A DNA stretch of 64,000 nucleotides from Bryobacteraceae bacterium (GTDB lineage Bacteria > Acidobacteriota > Terriglobia > Bryobacterales > Bryobacteraceae): positions 521-64,520 of the forward strand of contig DATLCW010000021.1 in NCBI GenBank assembly GCA_035526195.1, read 5' to 3'. Position 1 is the stretch's first letter; each line of letters opens with the position of its first letter. Shown in pieces: positions 44,810-54,309 of the stretch. A model generated the notes under the pieces. The model had not been told where the DNA came from. It did not search any database and saw only the letters and a program-made list of their open reading frames with translations. A program made the translations under genes and the position numbers.

Positions 44810-45775
44810 TTAGATCTCAATCGTGACGATTTTCTTGATGATTCCGTAACCGATCAACTGCAGCGCGACGGCGCCGCCGGCCATGTACTGTCCCACTTCA
44901 TCGGTGAAGAAAAACTTCGCATACTCCGTATTCACATAGAAGAGAATCGTGGCGACGCCCACCGGAATCAGGCTGAGCGCCATGCCGGTCATTTTGCCGT
45001 GCGCGCTAACGGCCCGAATTCTACCCCGAAGTTTGAAGCGCTCCCGGATCACATAGGCGAGTTTGTCCAGAATTTCCGCGAGGTTGCCTCCCGTGCGCTT
45101 TTGCAGCATGACGGCGGCGACAAAGAAATGCACGTCGAGAGAAGGGACGCGTTTGGCCAGTTTCTCCAATGCCGTCTCGAGCGGCAGGCCGAGGTTGTGC
45201 TCCTCAAACGTACGTTTGAACTCACCCGATAGCGGTTCCGGGAACTCTCTGTGCAGCATCTCCAGGGACACGGAGAAGGCGTGACCGGCACGCATGGAGC
45301 GGGCAACAAACTCCAGGCTCTCGGGAAAGATTTCTTCGAACTTGCGCAATCGCATGACGCGCTTCCGCCATACGAAGACGAACGGCGCGCAACCGGTGAG
45401 GCACCCTACGATAAGGGCCACGCTGCGAAAATCGGCCAGCGACCAGACCACCACGTAACCCAACAGGAAACAGGCGAGACAAGCATGCACGATGCGCGTC
45501 GGATGCCACCGCAGCCCCGCCTGATCGAGGATCTCCTGCAGCTTGTCCATCAGCTTGTACTTCTGCATCAGGCGGATGGTCAGCTTGTTGCCGGTTTGCT
45601 CGGTGTGGATCAGTTGCGGCGCCAGCGGATCCTTTTTCTTTTTCTTGTCCTTCTGCGAGCCGCTCAGGCGCTGCCGGATCTTGTCCATGTCGGCATTGCG
45701 GAAAGCGCCGGCGACGAGAAACCAGATCGCGACGGCGCACAGCCAGACGACTATGAGGATGACAAAGAAACCCAT
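44810..45775 (-). CDS. tadB: Tad pilus inner-membrane platform protein TadB (T2SS-F domain)
   Basis: FPESLEFVARSMRAGHAFSVSLE, with TM segments at the N- and C-termini. Confidence 0.8.
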   Translation of the reverse strand: MGFFVILIVVWLCAVAIWFLVAGAFRNADMDKIRQRLSGSQKDKKKKKDPLAPQLIHTEQTGNKLTIRLMQKYKLMDKLQEILDQAGLRWHPTRIVHACLACFLLGYVVVWSLADFRSVALIVGCLTGCAPFVFVWRKRVMRLRKFEEIFPESLEFVARSMRAGHAFSVSLEMLHREFPEPLSGEFKRTFEEHNLGLPLETALEKLAKRVPSLDVHFFVAAVMLQKRTGGNLAEILDKLAYVIRERFKLRGRIRAVSAHGKMTGMALSLIPVGVATILFYVNTEYAKFFFTDEVGQYMAGGAVALQLIGYGIIKKIVTIEI

Positions 45776-45781
45776 AGAGCC

Positions 45782-47143
45782 TCAGACCTCCACTATTTCG
45801 TCGAACAGATCGGGCCGCAGCCGGATGCCCGCGGCGAGCAGCTTCTCATAGAACTTGGGCCGGATCCCGGTGGCGGCAAACCGCCCCACGACTTTGCCTT
45901 CCGGCGTCAAGCCGCGCTTTTCAAAAACGTAGATATCCTGCAGCGTGACCACTTCGCCTTCCATGCCGGTGACTTCCGTCACATGGGTGACGCGGCGCGA
46001 GCCGTCAGAGAAACGGGACGCCTGCAGAAAGATGTTGACGGCGCTGGCAATCTGCTGGCGGATGGAGATGAGCTGCATGTTGGCGTTGGCCATGGAGACC
46101 ATCACCTCCAGACGGGAGACGGCGTCGCGCGGGGAGTTGGCGTGGACGGTGGTGAGCGATCCATCGTGACCGGTGTTCATGGCCTGCAACATGTCCAGCG
46201 CTTCGCCGCCGCGGACTTCGCCCACGACGATCCGGTCCGGACGCATACGCAGGCTGTTGACCAGCAGTTCGCGCTGGCGGACGGCGCCCTGGCCTTCCAG
46301 GTTCGGCGGCCGCGTTTCGAGCCGCGCCACATGCGGCTGCTTCAACTGCAGTTCGGCGGCATCTTCAATGGTGACGATTCGTTCCTTGGGACTAATGAAA
46401 AAACTGAGTGCGTTGAGCAGCGTCGTCTTGCCGGCGCCGGTTCCGCCTGCGATGATGACGTTAAGCCGGGCCTTGACGGCCGCTTCCATCAGCTCCATCA
46501 TTCCCGGCGTCATCGCCTTTTTTTCGACCAGATCGGCCGGCATCAGCTTGTCGGTGGAAAAGCGGCGAATGGACATCAGCGGTCCATCGACCGCCAGCGG
46601 AGGAATGATCGCGTTGACGCGCGAGCCGTCCGCCAGCCGGGCGTCCACCATGGGTGTTGATTCATCGATCCGGCGGCCAACCTGCGAGACGATCTTATCG
46701 ATGATGCGCAACAGGTGCGAATCGTCGCGGAAACTGACGCTGGTCAATTCGAGCAAGCCTTTGCGCTCGACGTATACCTGCTTGTGGGTGTTGACCAGAA
46801 TGTCACTGACGGTTGGATCCTGCAGCAGCGGCTCGAGCGGGCCCAGGCCGAAAACCTCATCCAGCACTTCTTCGCAGATCTGCTGTTTTTCGAGCGAGCT
46901 GAGCAGCGTCGGCTCATTGTCGATCAGCGAGAACAGCGCCTGCCGTACTTCTCCGCGCACGCGCTGATTGTCAATCGTGGCCAGCGCCTCGAGATTGATT
47001 TTGTCCAGCAGCTTGCGGTGAAGAGTAAACTTCAGCTCCTGATATTCGGGCTTCAACGCCGTCTTGGGGCGGCCCGCGTTCTTGAGCAGTCTCTGCTCCC
47101 AGGTGAGCTGTTGTTGCGATTTTGTTTCCGTTGTAGGCAGCAT
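45782..47143 (-). CDS. cpaF: CpaF/TadA secretion ATPase
   Basis: Walker [35 protein letters not shown] and [14 protein letters not shown]. Confidence 0.9.
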   Translation of the reverse strand: MLPTTETKSQQQLTWEQRLLKNAGRPKTALKPEYQELKFTLHRKLLDKINLEALATIDNQRVRGEVRQALFSLIDNEPTLLSSLEKQQICEEVLDEVFGLGPLEPLLQDPTVSDILVNTHKQVYVERKGLLELTSVSFRDDSHLLRIIDKIVSQVGRRIDESTPMVDARLADGSRVNAIIPPLAVDGPLMSIRRFSTDKLMPADLVEKKAMTPGMMELMEAAVKARLNVIIAGGTGAGKTTLLNALSFFISPKERIVTIEDAAELQLKQPHVARLETRPPNLEGQGAVRQRELLVNSLRMRPDRIVVGEVRGGEALDMLQAMNTGHDGSLTTVHANSPRDAVSRLEVMVSMANANMQLISIRQQIASAVNIFLQASRFSDGSRRVTHVTEVTGMEGEVVTLQDIYVFEKRGLTPEGKVVGRFAATGIRPKFYEKLLAAGIRLRPDLFDEIVEV

Positions 47144-47178
47144 CTGTCAGTTGTCCGTCTTGTTTGAAATCCGCATTG

Positions 47179-48384
47179 TTAGCTTTCGGAGAGTACCGGC
47201 CTGGCGCCCAGCACTCCACCGAGGCGCTTTTTTTCAGCCGCCGCGGTACCGGTCAGTTTTTGTGCCAGACTCTCGATGGCGCGGCCCAGGTCGCAATCGT
47301 TTGCGAGCGGCCGGCCAAGGGTGATGACCCGATGGAGCGAGAAGTAGTCGTTGGGCAAGCTCGCATGCACCGGGCAGTCGAAAAGTTTTCCGAGATCGCC
47401 TCCGCCGAGGCCATCCCGCTTGTTCACACGATTCACCACGACCTGAAAGCGGTCTTTGCCGAAGCCCAGTTGGTTGAGCAGGGCAATCGCCTTCCGGGTC
47501 AGGTGTAGACTGGGCAGTTCGCTGGTAGAGACCAGAAACGCCCGCTCAGCCTCGGACAGGGCAAGCAAACTCAGCCGGTTAAAGATCGAGGGTAAATCGA
47601 TCACCACCCAGTCGTAAAGAGACCGGACGTACTGGATCACCTCCTGCAGTTTCGCGGGCTCTACACCCTGCAGGTAGGGCGCCTCCGGAGCTGTGAGAAT
47701 GTCGACGCCGCCGCAACTGGCGGTCATGCCGGACCAGCGCGTCGTGTCCATCTGTCCCGGTTGGAGAGCATCAATCAGCGAGTAGCGCTGGCTCAGTTTG
47801 AGAAAGAATCCGACGGTGCCGGAGGTGAGGTCGAAATCTGCCAGCAGGACACGGCGGCCGGTGGCTCTTTTCAGCGCAAATGCCGTTTGCGTGGCGAGCG
47901 TGGAAGCGCCCGACCCTGGTTTGGCGCTCGAAAACACCACTACCTTGCCGTATTCCGGCTCCGCCCCGGCTTCCGGTGCCCGGAGTTTGCGCAGCCGGGC
48001 AACGGCCTCCAACTGGATGTCGACGTCGAACGGATCGTAAAGAAACTCCGAGGCTCCCAGACGCACCGATCGAAGAATGGCCTCCGAATCGTTATGCGTG
48101 TGCAGGCCGATCACATGCACCCGTGGCTTCAGCGAGGCAAACAAATGGATCAGCCGGCCCGCCTCCTCAAAGTCCGTAGTGAGGTCGATCAGCGCCACTT
48201 CCGGTTTAAGCTGCCGCAGGCGGATTTCGAGCGTTTGCGGCGTCGGGTAGGTACGAAGATCGGCGAGGATCTGGAAACCGCGCACACGAGGAACCGTGGC
48301 GAGGAAAGCCTCCCCCAACTCGCGGTTGGGCGCGATGAGGATTGCGTTCAGTTCGGTATCTCGCGCTGGTCTTCGGGGCGTCAT
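47179..48384 (-). CDS. cpaE: CpaE/TadZ-like protein (receiver-like N-domain plus MinD/ParA-type ATPase)
   Basis: N-terminal ILIAPNRE...ALIDL receiver-like fold, then VVVFSSAKPGSGASTLA (deviant Walker A). Start taken at ATG 48384, 28 nt after the secretin stop. Confidence 0.75.
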   Translation of the reverse strand: MTPRRPARDTELNAILIAPNRELGEAFLATVPRVRGFQILADLRTYPTPQTLEIRLRQLKPEVALIDLTTDFEEAGRLIHLFASLKPRVHVIGLHTHNDSEAILRSVRLGASEFLYDPFDVDIQLEAVARLRKLRAPEAGAEPEYGKVVVFSSAKPGSGASTLATQTAFALKRATGRRVLLADFDLTSGTVGFFLKLSQRYSLIDALQPGQMDTTRWSGMTASCGGVDILTAPEAPYLQGVEPAKLQEVIQYVRSLYDWVVIDLPSIFNRLSLLALSEAERAFLVSTSELPSLHLTRKAIALLNQLGFGKDRFQVVVNRVNKRDGLGGGDLGKLFDCPVHASLPNDYFSLHRVITLGRPLANDCDLGRAIESLAQKLTGTAAAEKKRLGGVLGARPVLSES

Positions 48385-48412
48385 GGCGATGATCTCCGCG
48401 GCAGTGTGGCGC

Positions 48413-49789
48413 TTACCTCTTCTTCCGTGAGGCCGGCGTCGCCGCGCCACCCGGCGTATTCGGCGTGTTGGCCGGCATAAATTCACGCGGGAATACCGGC
48501 GTCGGCTTCGGATCGTTCATCTGCAGCGGCACGGTGATCTCCGGCGTCACCATGACGATCAGCTCGGTTTTGGTTTTGTTCTCGACGCGGCTCTTGAAGA
48601 GGGCTCCGAGAATCGGGATGTTGGAGAGTCCGGGGACGCGCGACATCGTGTCCTGCACGCGGTCGTCAAGCAGTCCGCCGACGATGAAGCTTTGCCCTTC
48701 GCCCAACTCGATGTCGGTCTCCATCTTGCGGGTGGATAAAGCAGGGATCGTGAACCCGTTGAGAGTGACCGCATTGGCGAGATCGATGGTGGATACCTCG
48801 GGCCGGACATGCATCTTTATCGTCTTGTTGGGCGTGATGATCGGATTGAAGTTCAAGCGGATTCCGAATTCGCGAAATTGGATCGTGACGGAGCCTGTGT
48901 TGGCGCCGCCCTGAAGCACCGGAATCGGAAACTCGCCGCCCACGTGGAAGCTGGCTTCTTTTCCGTTCGTGGTCACCAGGTTGGGCTCGGCCAGAATTTG
49001 CAGCACCTTCTGCTCCTGGAGCGCTTTGATAAATAGTCCCAGGTTCAAATCAGGACGGAACAGAAAAATGTTGAGCAGGTCGGTGAGCTGAAATTCCGAG
49101 GCGAAGCCTTGATTCTTGGCGCCGATGGCGCTGTTCAATTGCTCTCCGTTGGGTCCCTGGAACTGCTGTGTGCCGGTGCGTCCGATCGTATTCAGGGCGC
49201 CGGTAGAGAGAAGGTTCACGCCAAAGGACTGTACGGCGGTGCGGTTGAGTTCCGCGAACTTCACCCGGAGCACGATTTGCTTGTCGATTCCGGGTGCGGC
49301 CACCACGAGATTGTTGACCACGCTCTTGGCCAGCGGAGTCACCAGAACCGCCGCACGGTCGGCAACCGCGGCGGTACTCACTCGCCCCGTAAGGGAGAGC
49401 GAATCGCGCGCGGTTTGCACTTGAATGTCTTCCCCGGGAAAGGTTTCCTTAAGGAGGCGCCGGATGGGCTCGAGGTTTGGCTCCACGTTCACGTTGTAGA
49501 AATTGCGCTGTCCGGCTTTGGACCAGACCACCACGGTGGCGGATCCAAGAGACTTCCCGTGGAGAAGAATCTCGCGGGTGGTAGCCGGGACGGCGTCTAC
49601 GATTTCCGGACTTGAGGTGGAGATGCGCGCGATATCCTCTGGATAATCGATGACGACGCTCTTTCCCAGAATCAGCTTAATGTCATCGGCGGATTGGCCC
49701 CGTACCGGAAGGCTACCGGGCAGTAGGCTGAGACACACAGCCGTGAGAGTGACGGAAAAACCGTGCCGCAGTCGAATGGTTGGCTTCAT
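48413..49789 (-). CDS. cpaC: CpaC/RcpA secretin
   Basis: Signal peptide, BON-like N-domain and secretin core: GGEFPIP...GVTIQFREFGIRLNF.P, VPGLSNIPILGALFKS. Confidence 0.85.
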   Translation of the reverse strand: MKPTIRLRHGFSVTLTAVCLSLLPGSLPVRGQSADDIKLILGKSVVIDYPEDIARISTSSPEIVDAVPATTREILLHGKSLGSATVVVWSKAGQRNFYNVNVEPNLEPIRRLLKETFPGEDIQVQTARDSLSLTGRVSTAAVADRAAVLVTPLAKSVVNNLVVAAPGIDKQIVLRVKFAELNRTAVQSFGVNLLSTGALNTIGRTGTQQFQGPNGEQLNSAIGAKNQGFASEFQLTDLLNIFLFRPDLNLGLFIKALQEQKVLQILAEPNLVTTNGKEASFHVGGEFPIPVLQGGANTGSVTIQFREFGIRLNFNPIITPNKTIKMHVRPEVSTIDLANAVTLNGFTIPALSTRKMETDIELGEGQSFIVGGLLDDRVQDTMSRVPGLSNIPILGALFKSRVENKTKTELIVMVTPEITVPLQMNDPKPTPVFPREFMPANTPNTPGGAATPASRKKR

Positions 49790-49815
49790 AGCAATATTCC
49801 CCGCTTCGTGCTTCT

Positions 49816-50706
49816 TTAATTCTTGAGATTGGAAACCGTTTCGACGGTTTTAACGTTGCCGCGGATCACGATGATTTGGTCGGCGGGAGGAGCCGGCGGC
49901 GGCGGCGGCGCGGCAGCCTGAACCGCAACCACGGGTCTCGGCCGCGGGCGGTAGACCGGCGCCGGCGCGGCAGCGGCTTTCTGCTGCTGTCTGGGAACCA
50001 TTCCGTACAGTTCGGCAATCTGGCGGCCTGACGTCCGCTCAATGGACTGGTCACTGCCGTTCCGGAGAACGAGTTGAATTCGGCCTTCGCTGCTGGCGAG
50101 CGTCAGAATCTCCGCCTGGTCGGGCGTAACCAGAACGGTCACGCTCGGCGCATTGATCGCCTGGCCCCGGGCGTCTGGTTGGATGGTCGTTCCGGCGGTG
50201 AGCACGAGGATACTTTGGAGAACCGTGGTGGTGACCGTGCCTTCCTGTCCCGGCGGCCGGCCGGTGACAAGCACATCGACGCGCATGCCCGGCATCACGA
50301 ATCCGGCCACACCGACCACGTCGTTCACGCGTACGGTGACGGCGCGCATTCCCACGGGAATGATCGGGGCGATACCAAGACCGCTGCCGCGCGCCGCGAG
50401 GCGGCCTTCGAGCAGCGGCTCATCCAAGAGGATCTGGCTGATCACCGGCCGGTCAATCACTTCTTCCACTTTGGAGAACCCCATCTTCGGAAACTGTTCG
50501 GTGTTGATTTTGATCACTTTCACATCGGTCGGCTTCACTGTAATGCCGATGGAAAGAGGCTTGCCCGCAACAACCAGGTCCTTCATTTCACTTTGTTCCG
50601 CTCTTTTACCTCCGCCTGCACGCGCGGTCATCTGGTAAAAGAGGCTGGATACAACCAGCGCGAACAACAGGCTCACACCCAAAACCGTCAAAAACCTGCG
50701 ATCCAT
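49816..50706 (-). CDS. cpaB: CpaB/RcpC Flp pilus assembly protein
   Basis: N-terminal TM segment, SAF-like domain and RcpC beta-domain pattern (GMRAVTVRVNDVVGVAGFVMPGMRVDVL). Confidence 0.8.
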   Translation of the reverse strand: MDRRFLTVLGVSLLFALVVSSLFYQMTARAGGGKRAEQSEMKDLVVAGKPLSIGITVKPTDVKVIKINTEQFPKMGFSKVEEVIDRPVISQILLDEPLLEGRLAARGSGLGIAPIIPVGMRAVTVRVNDVVGVAGFVMPGMRVDVLVTGRPPGQEGTVTTTVLQSILVLTAGTTIQPDARGQAINAPSVTVLVTPDQAEILTLASSEGRIQLVLRNGSDQSIERTSGRQIAELYGMVPRQQQKAAAAPAPVYRPRPRPVVAVQAAAPPPPPAPPADQIIVIRGNVKTVETVSNLKN

Positions 50707-50762
50707 AGCGTCACCTTTCTAATAGCCAACTATGCTTTGATCGTCACTTAATGGAACTTTCT

Positions 50763-51212
50763 TTAGCGGGGTACCAGCGACAGCCAGACTCCGGCGGAAA
50801 TTGCGGGCGCATAAGGAATCGAAAGAGGCGACTTCTTGCGGTCTTTCTTTCCGATGCCGCGCAGGGCATTCACTCCGATCACCGCCACAGCCAACAGGGC
50901 GCCCAGGATGGCGGTCCACAAGGCCGCTTCCACTAATCGGCCGGCGCCGATGAGGGCGCCGAACCCGGCCATCAACTTAATGTCTCCTCCACCCATCCCG
51001 CCAAGAAGGTAGAAGATGAGAAAAATTCCAAACCCGGCGGCGCCTCCGGCGGCGGCGGTGCCAAGCCCGGTCCAGCCTTTCTGGCTCACATGCCACGCAA
51101 AGCCCCCAAACAGCGCACACACGGGAATCCAATTGGAGACGCTCCGATGCCAGAGGTCCTCCGCCGAGGCGGCGATGCCGATCAGGATTGCCAGAATTAC
51201 CTGCGCGGTCAT
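50763..51212 (-). CDS. cpaA: A24-family prepilin peptidase (CpaA/TadV)
   Basis: SAEDLWHR and GGMGGGDIKLMAGFG are the two catalytic Asp motifs. Polytopic, 149 aa. Confidence 0.8.
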   Translation of the reverse strand: MTAQVILAILIGIAASAEDLWHRSVSNWIPVCALFGGFAWHVSQKGWTGLGTAAAGGAAGFGIFLIFYLLGGMGGGDIKLMAGFGALIGAGRLVEAALWTAILGALLAVAVIGVNALRGIGKKDRKKSPLSIPYAPAISAGVWLSLVPR

Positions 51213-51580
51213 TAATACTCCCGCGAGGTGGGACCGGAGGAGGCGCGTACAATTCTTCGCGGCACGTCCTGATGGCCCTTATTGCCGCGGAACGGCGCGA
51301 GCCAGGTTGCCTGATCGTTCTGGGCAAAGGCGCTGCACAGGGAGGCATGCCACAACCGCGGCGCAGCGAAACCCGATTGGAGAGCGAACTCCCCGAGCGG
51401 CTTACCCGACGGCAGACACCATCTTCCGAGCCCGGCCGTAGTTGCGGCATCGGCCGGAATCTTTGCATAGTCCACCGCAACATTCCCGAGCAACGCATCG
51501 CGCGTAATTTGTTCCTGCAGCGATTTGCGATTCGCGCTCAGCCCTAAACGAACGTGTCCATGCGATTTGCCCGGTTTCAT
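51212..51580 (-). CDS. Hypothetical protein translationally coupled to cpaA
   Basis: TAATG stop/start overlap with cpaA. It starts at ATG 51580 (or at GTG 51598, 2 nt after the upstream stop). No family recognised, and it is not Flp- or TadE-like. Confidence 0.45.
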   Translation of the reverse strand: MKPGKSHGHVRLGLSANRKSLQEQITRDALLGNVAVDYAKIPADAATTAGLGRWCLPSGKPLGEFALQSGFAAPRLWHASLCSAFAQNDQATWLAPFRGNKGHQDVPRRIVRASSGPTSREY

Positions 51581-51600
51581 GAATTGACTGATCTCCACTA

Positions 51601-53277
51601 CTAACTTCGACCAGGTCGGGCGTTTTCATTAGATTTATGTTGGGCTTTTTTCTCAGATGCGGGGAAACGTTGGCCCGAAGGTACCGGAACCGAAGATTCA
51701 TTGGCACGCACTTTCTCAAACAGCAACGCGCGCCCATTGTCGTCGACCACGCGCCAGTTGGAATCCTGCTTCAACAAAGTCGTCAAGGGCCAGTTCAACG
51801 GGCTGAGCACGACTTCAAATCTGTATTTTTCCATGAGCGCGGCCCAATCCCACCGCCCCTGCATCATGTGCAGGTACTCCTCGCCGATCTTTTCTCCGAA
51901 GAAGTCACTGCGGCCATCCACAAAAACTTTCTGGTGGGGATAGTTACGGTAGATCAGGTAATCGGCCCACTGGTCTTCGGTAAGCGTACGGCGGGATGTC
52001 AGTATCTCCTGATGCCGGGCAGCCATCGCCACCGGGAATTTGGCGGCGGGAAAATCCTTCGGCCAGCGGCCCACGGTTTCGGGCACGAGCGCGAAGAACG
52101 CGGCGGCCGCCGCAATCCACACACTGCTTCGGGAGCAGCCCGGCCGCATGTCGCGCGCGATATTCGCAAAGATCGAACGAAGGCTCTTGCGGCCCGCCGT
52201 CTCGACGTGCCTGCTCCATAATTCCGTCAGCAGGGCAGCCACCCACGGCGCCGCCACAATCATGAACAAGGGAACGTGGCGCACGCTGGCGAGCGCCGAG
52301 TGAGCCCAGAAGAGGATCCAAAGGGCGGGAACAATCTGCCGGCGCGCGAGCAGCCACGCCACGGTCATCAGACCGAGAAAGAGCATCAGCTCAAATTGCA
52401 TCGAGCTTTCCGACCGGAAGACCGGAGATTGAAATTCCTGAATTGTGTTTTTGATCCAGTCCGAGCGCAGGAATTGAAATACGTGGTAGTGCAGGTGCCA
52501 CCCATAGGGATTCACGAACGTGACCGCCGTGCAGAGCGCAAAAAGGACCGCGTAACGAAGGGAAGGCCGGAGGTTCCACTTGACGCCATCCACCCTCACC
52601 GCGAGCGCCGCCTCCACCAGCGAACCGGCAACAAGCAGACCCAGGCAGCCGATCAGCCCCAGAAAGCCTCCGTGCAGATTGACCCACACTAACGTCATGG
52701 GAACCAGCAGCCAGATTCTTGCAGCCGGCTTCCTCCGATCGGCATCAATCAATAAAAGGGCGACAGTCATTCCCAGCAGAGTGAAAACATGAGGCCGGGC
52801 GAGGTAGTGAATGGAGGAAGCTCCAAACACCACCAGTGAGGCCGCAAGCGCCGCAAACGGGTTCGCTCCGCGGGCGATCATGTGGCGGAAGAGAATCGTG
52901 CCGAAGCCGGCAATCACCAGAGCGGAGAGGAGGATCACACCCTTCAGGCCCGCCGCGCCGTGCAGAGCGGCATAAAGTATATCGGTGAGCCACTCCCAGG
53001 CAAACCATGCTTCTCCAGCTTTCGAGAAAGAGAACAGATCCTGCCGGGGAACCATGCCATTGCGGAGAATCCATTCGCCCGTCCGGATATGCCAGCCGGT
53101 GTCGCCATCGTCCAGCAGGCTCGCCCAGCCGCCGCTGCCGGAAGAGAACAGCCAGACGAAGATAGCGATGAACAGACAATCCGAGAATGACGGAAGAAGA
53201 AAACGCCGCCAAAGCGGAGAAGCGGCGGGCAGCTCAACGGAAATGGATTTACGAGAAACCTCAGAAGAACTGGCCAC
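51601..53277 (-). CDS. Large polytopic membrane protein (GT-C-like glycosyltransferase fold suspected)
   Basis: At least 10 hydrophobic segments in the first ~400 aa, then a soluble C-terminal domain. The functional call is a guess. Confidence 0.5.
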   Translation of the reverse strand: MASSSEVSRKSISVELPAASPLWRRFLLPSFSDCLFIAIFVWLFSSGSGGWASLLDDGDTGWHIRTGEWILRNGMVPRQDLFSFSKAGEAWFAWEWLTDILYAALHGAAGLKGVILLSALVIAGFGTILFRHMIARGANPFAALAASLVVFGASSIHYLARPHVFTLLGMTVALLLIDADRRKPAARIWLLVPMTLVWVNLHGGFLGLIGCLGLLVAGSLVEAALAVRVDGVKWNLRPSLRYAVLFALCTAVTFVNPYGWHLHYHVFQFLRSDWIKNTIQEFQSPVFRSESSMQFELMLFLGLMTVAWLLARRQIVPALWILFWAHSALASVRHVPLFMIVAAPWVAALLTELWSRHVETAGRKSLRSIFANIARDMRPGCSRSSVWIAAAAAFFALVPETVGRWPKDFPAAKFPVAMAARHQEILTSRRTLTEDQWADYLIYRNYPHQKVFVDGRSDFFGEKIGEEYLHMMQGRWDWAALMEKYRFEVVLSPLNWPLTTLLKQDSNWRVVDDNGRALLFEKVRANESSVPVPSGQRFPASEKKAQHKSNENARPGRS

Positions 53278-53294
53278 GGGTACCTCCGTCGGAC

Positions 53295-53957
53295 TTAGTC
53301 ATCGCTTATGAGAGCGGCGCCCGCGCCCAACTCGCCGTCCGCGCTCACCAGCTTGCGCCCGTGCACCGCCAGTTCAAACCGGTCCTTCACCCCGGTCTTC
53401 TCAAAAATGTGCATCAGGTGAACCTTTACGGTGCCGGGCGTGATAGCGAGTTCCTGGGCAATTTCCTTGTTGCGCATGCCGCGGCACAAACAGCGGACAA
53501 TGTCGCGCTCGCGGGGCGTGAGTCGCGGTGTCTGGCGCCGGTTGAGAAACCCAAGCGCGGGGCTGGACACCGTATGTTCAATCCAGACGTCCCCTTTTGC
53601 TACGGCGCGAAGGCAGTCGAGGGCGGCGCTGACCGGCAGCGTTTTCTTGAGAATTCCTCTGGCGCCCAACTGCAAGGCGCGGAAGCATTCCACTTCCGCG
53701 AGGTCGTTAACCCAAAGGATGGGATAGCTGGTCGGCGAGGCCGATCGGACGTCCGCCAGCGAGCGGAATACTGCTTTCAGCCCACCCGATTGGTCCATTA
53801 GCACAAGCTGCGGCCGGAGTTCGCCAACGCGGGGTAAGCCTTCCACCCAGGATGGGGCGGAGCCGATAAGCTGAAACTCCTCCTTGTCGAGAATCCGCTG
53901 CAACCCCTCAAGGACGATGGGTTGGGATTCGAATGCAAATATAGTAATTGGGCTCAC
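53295..53957 (-). CDS. LuxR/NarL-family response regulator
   Basis: Receiver domain (LVLMDQ...) plus LTPRERDIVRCLCRGMRNKEIAQELAITPGTVKVHLMHIFEKTGV. Confidence 0.8.
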   Translation of the reverse strand: MSPITIFAFESQPIVLEGLQRILDKEEFQLIGSAPSWVEGLPRVGELRPQLVLMDQSGGLKAVFRSLADVRSASPTSYPILWVNDLAEVECFRALQLGARGILKKTLPVSAALDCLRAVAKGDVWIEHTVSSPALGFLNRRQTPRLTPRERDIVRCLCRGMRNKEIAQELAITPGTVKVHLMHIFEKTGVKDRFELAVHGRKLVSADGELGAGAALISDD

Positions 53958-54309
53958 GTCGGCTGACTACCTGATCGTCCAGCGGGGCTGAGAAGATTAG
54001 GGCCTTATCTGACGAGGCCCGGCCTGGTGCGTGGCGCAATACTTAAAATACGAAACCGGGGGAACGATAGGGCCGGACGGGAACAAAACGTCAACTTCTC
54101 AGGGATGACATTGGGATTCCCGAACGGAATCAACACCCGCGCACCCTTCCGCCCACAAAAGTCGAAACCCAGGCTAACCAAGGCACTCGTGCCGGCCGCT
54201 CCCGGTATTATTGCCTTCTACACCGTCTCGCACGCGGCCCGCGTTTCGATCAGTTCCGCGCGATAGAATCGCGCATTCAAACTGACCCGCTACCGGGCCG
54301 GCCGCCCGT

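Noticed and set aside
51212-51598. Assigning the 122/128-aa ORF upstream of cpaA to DUF192 or TadE families.
   Set aside because: It lacks the DUF192 GLM...W(M)KNT pattern and the TadE N-terminal hydrophobic motif. It is kept as hypothetical.
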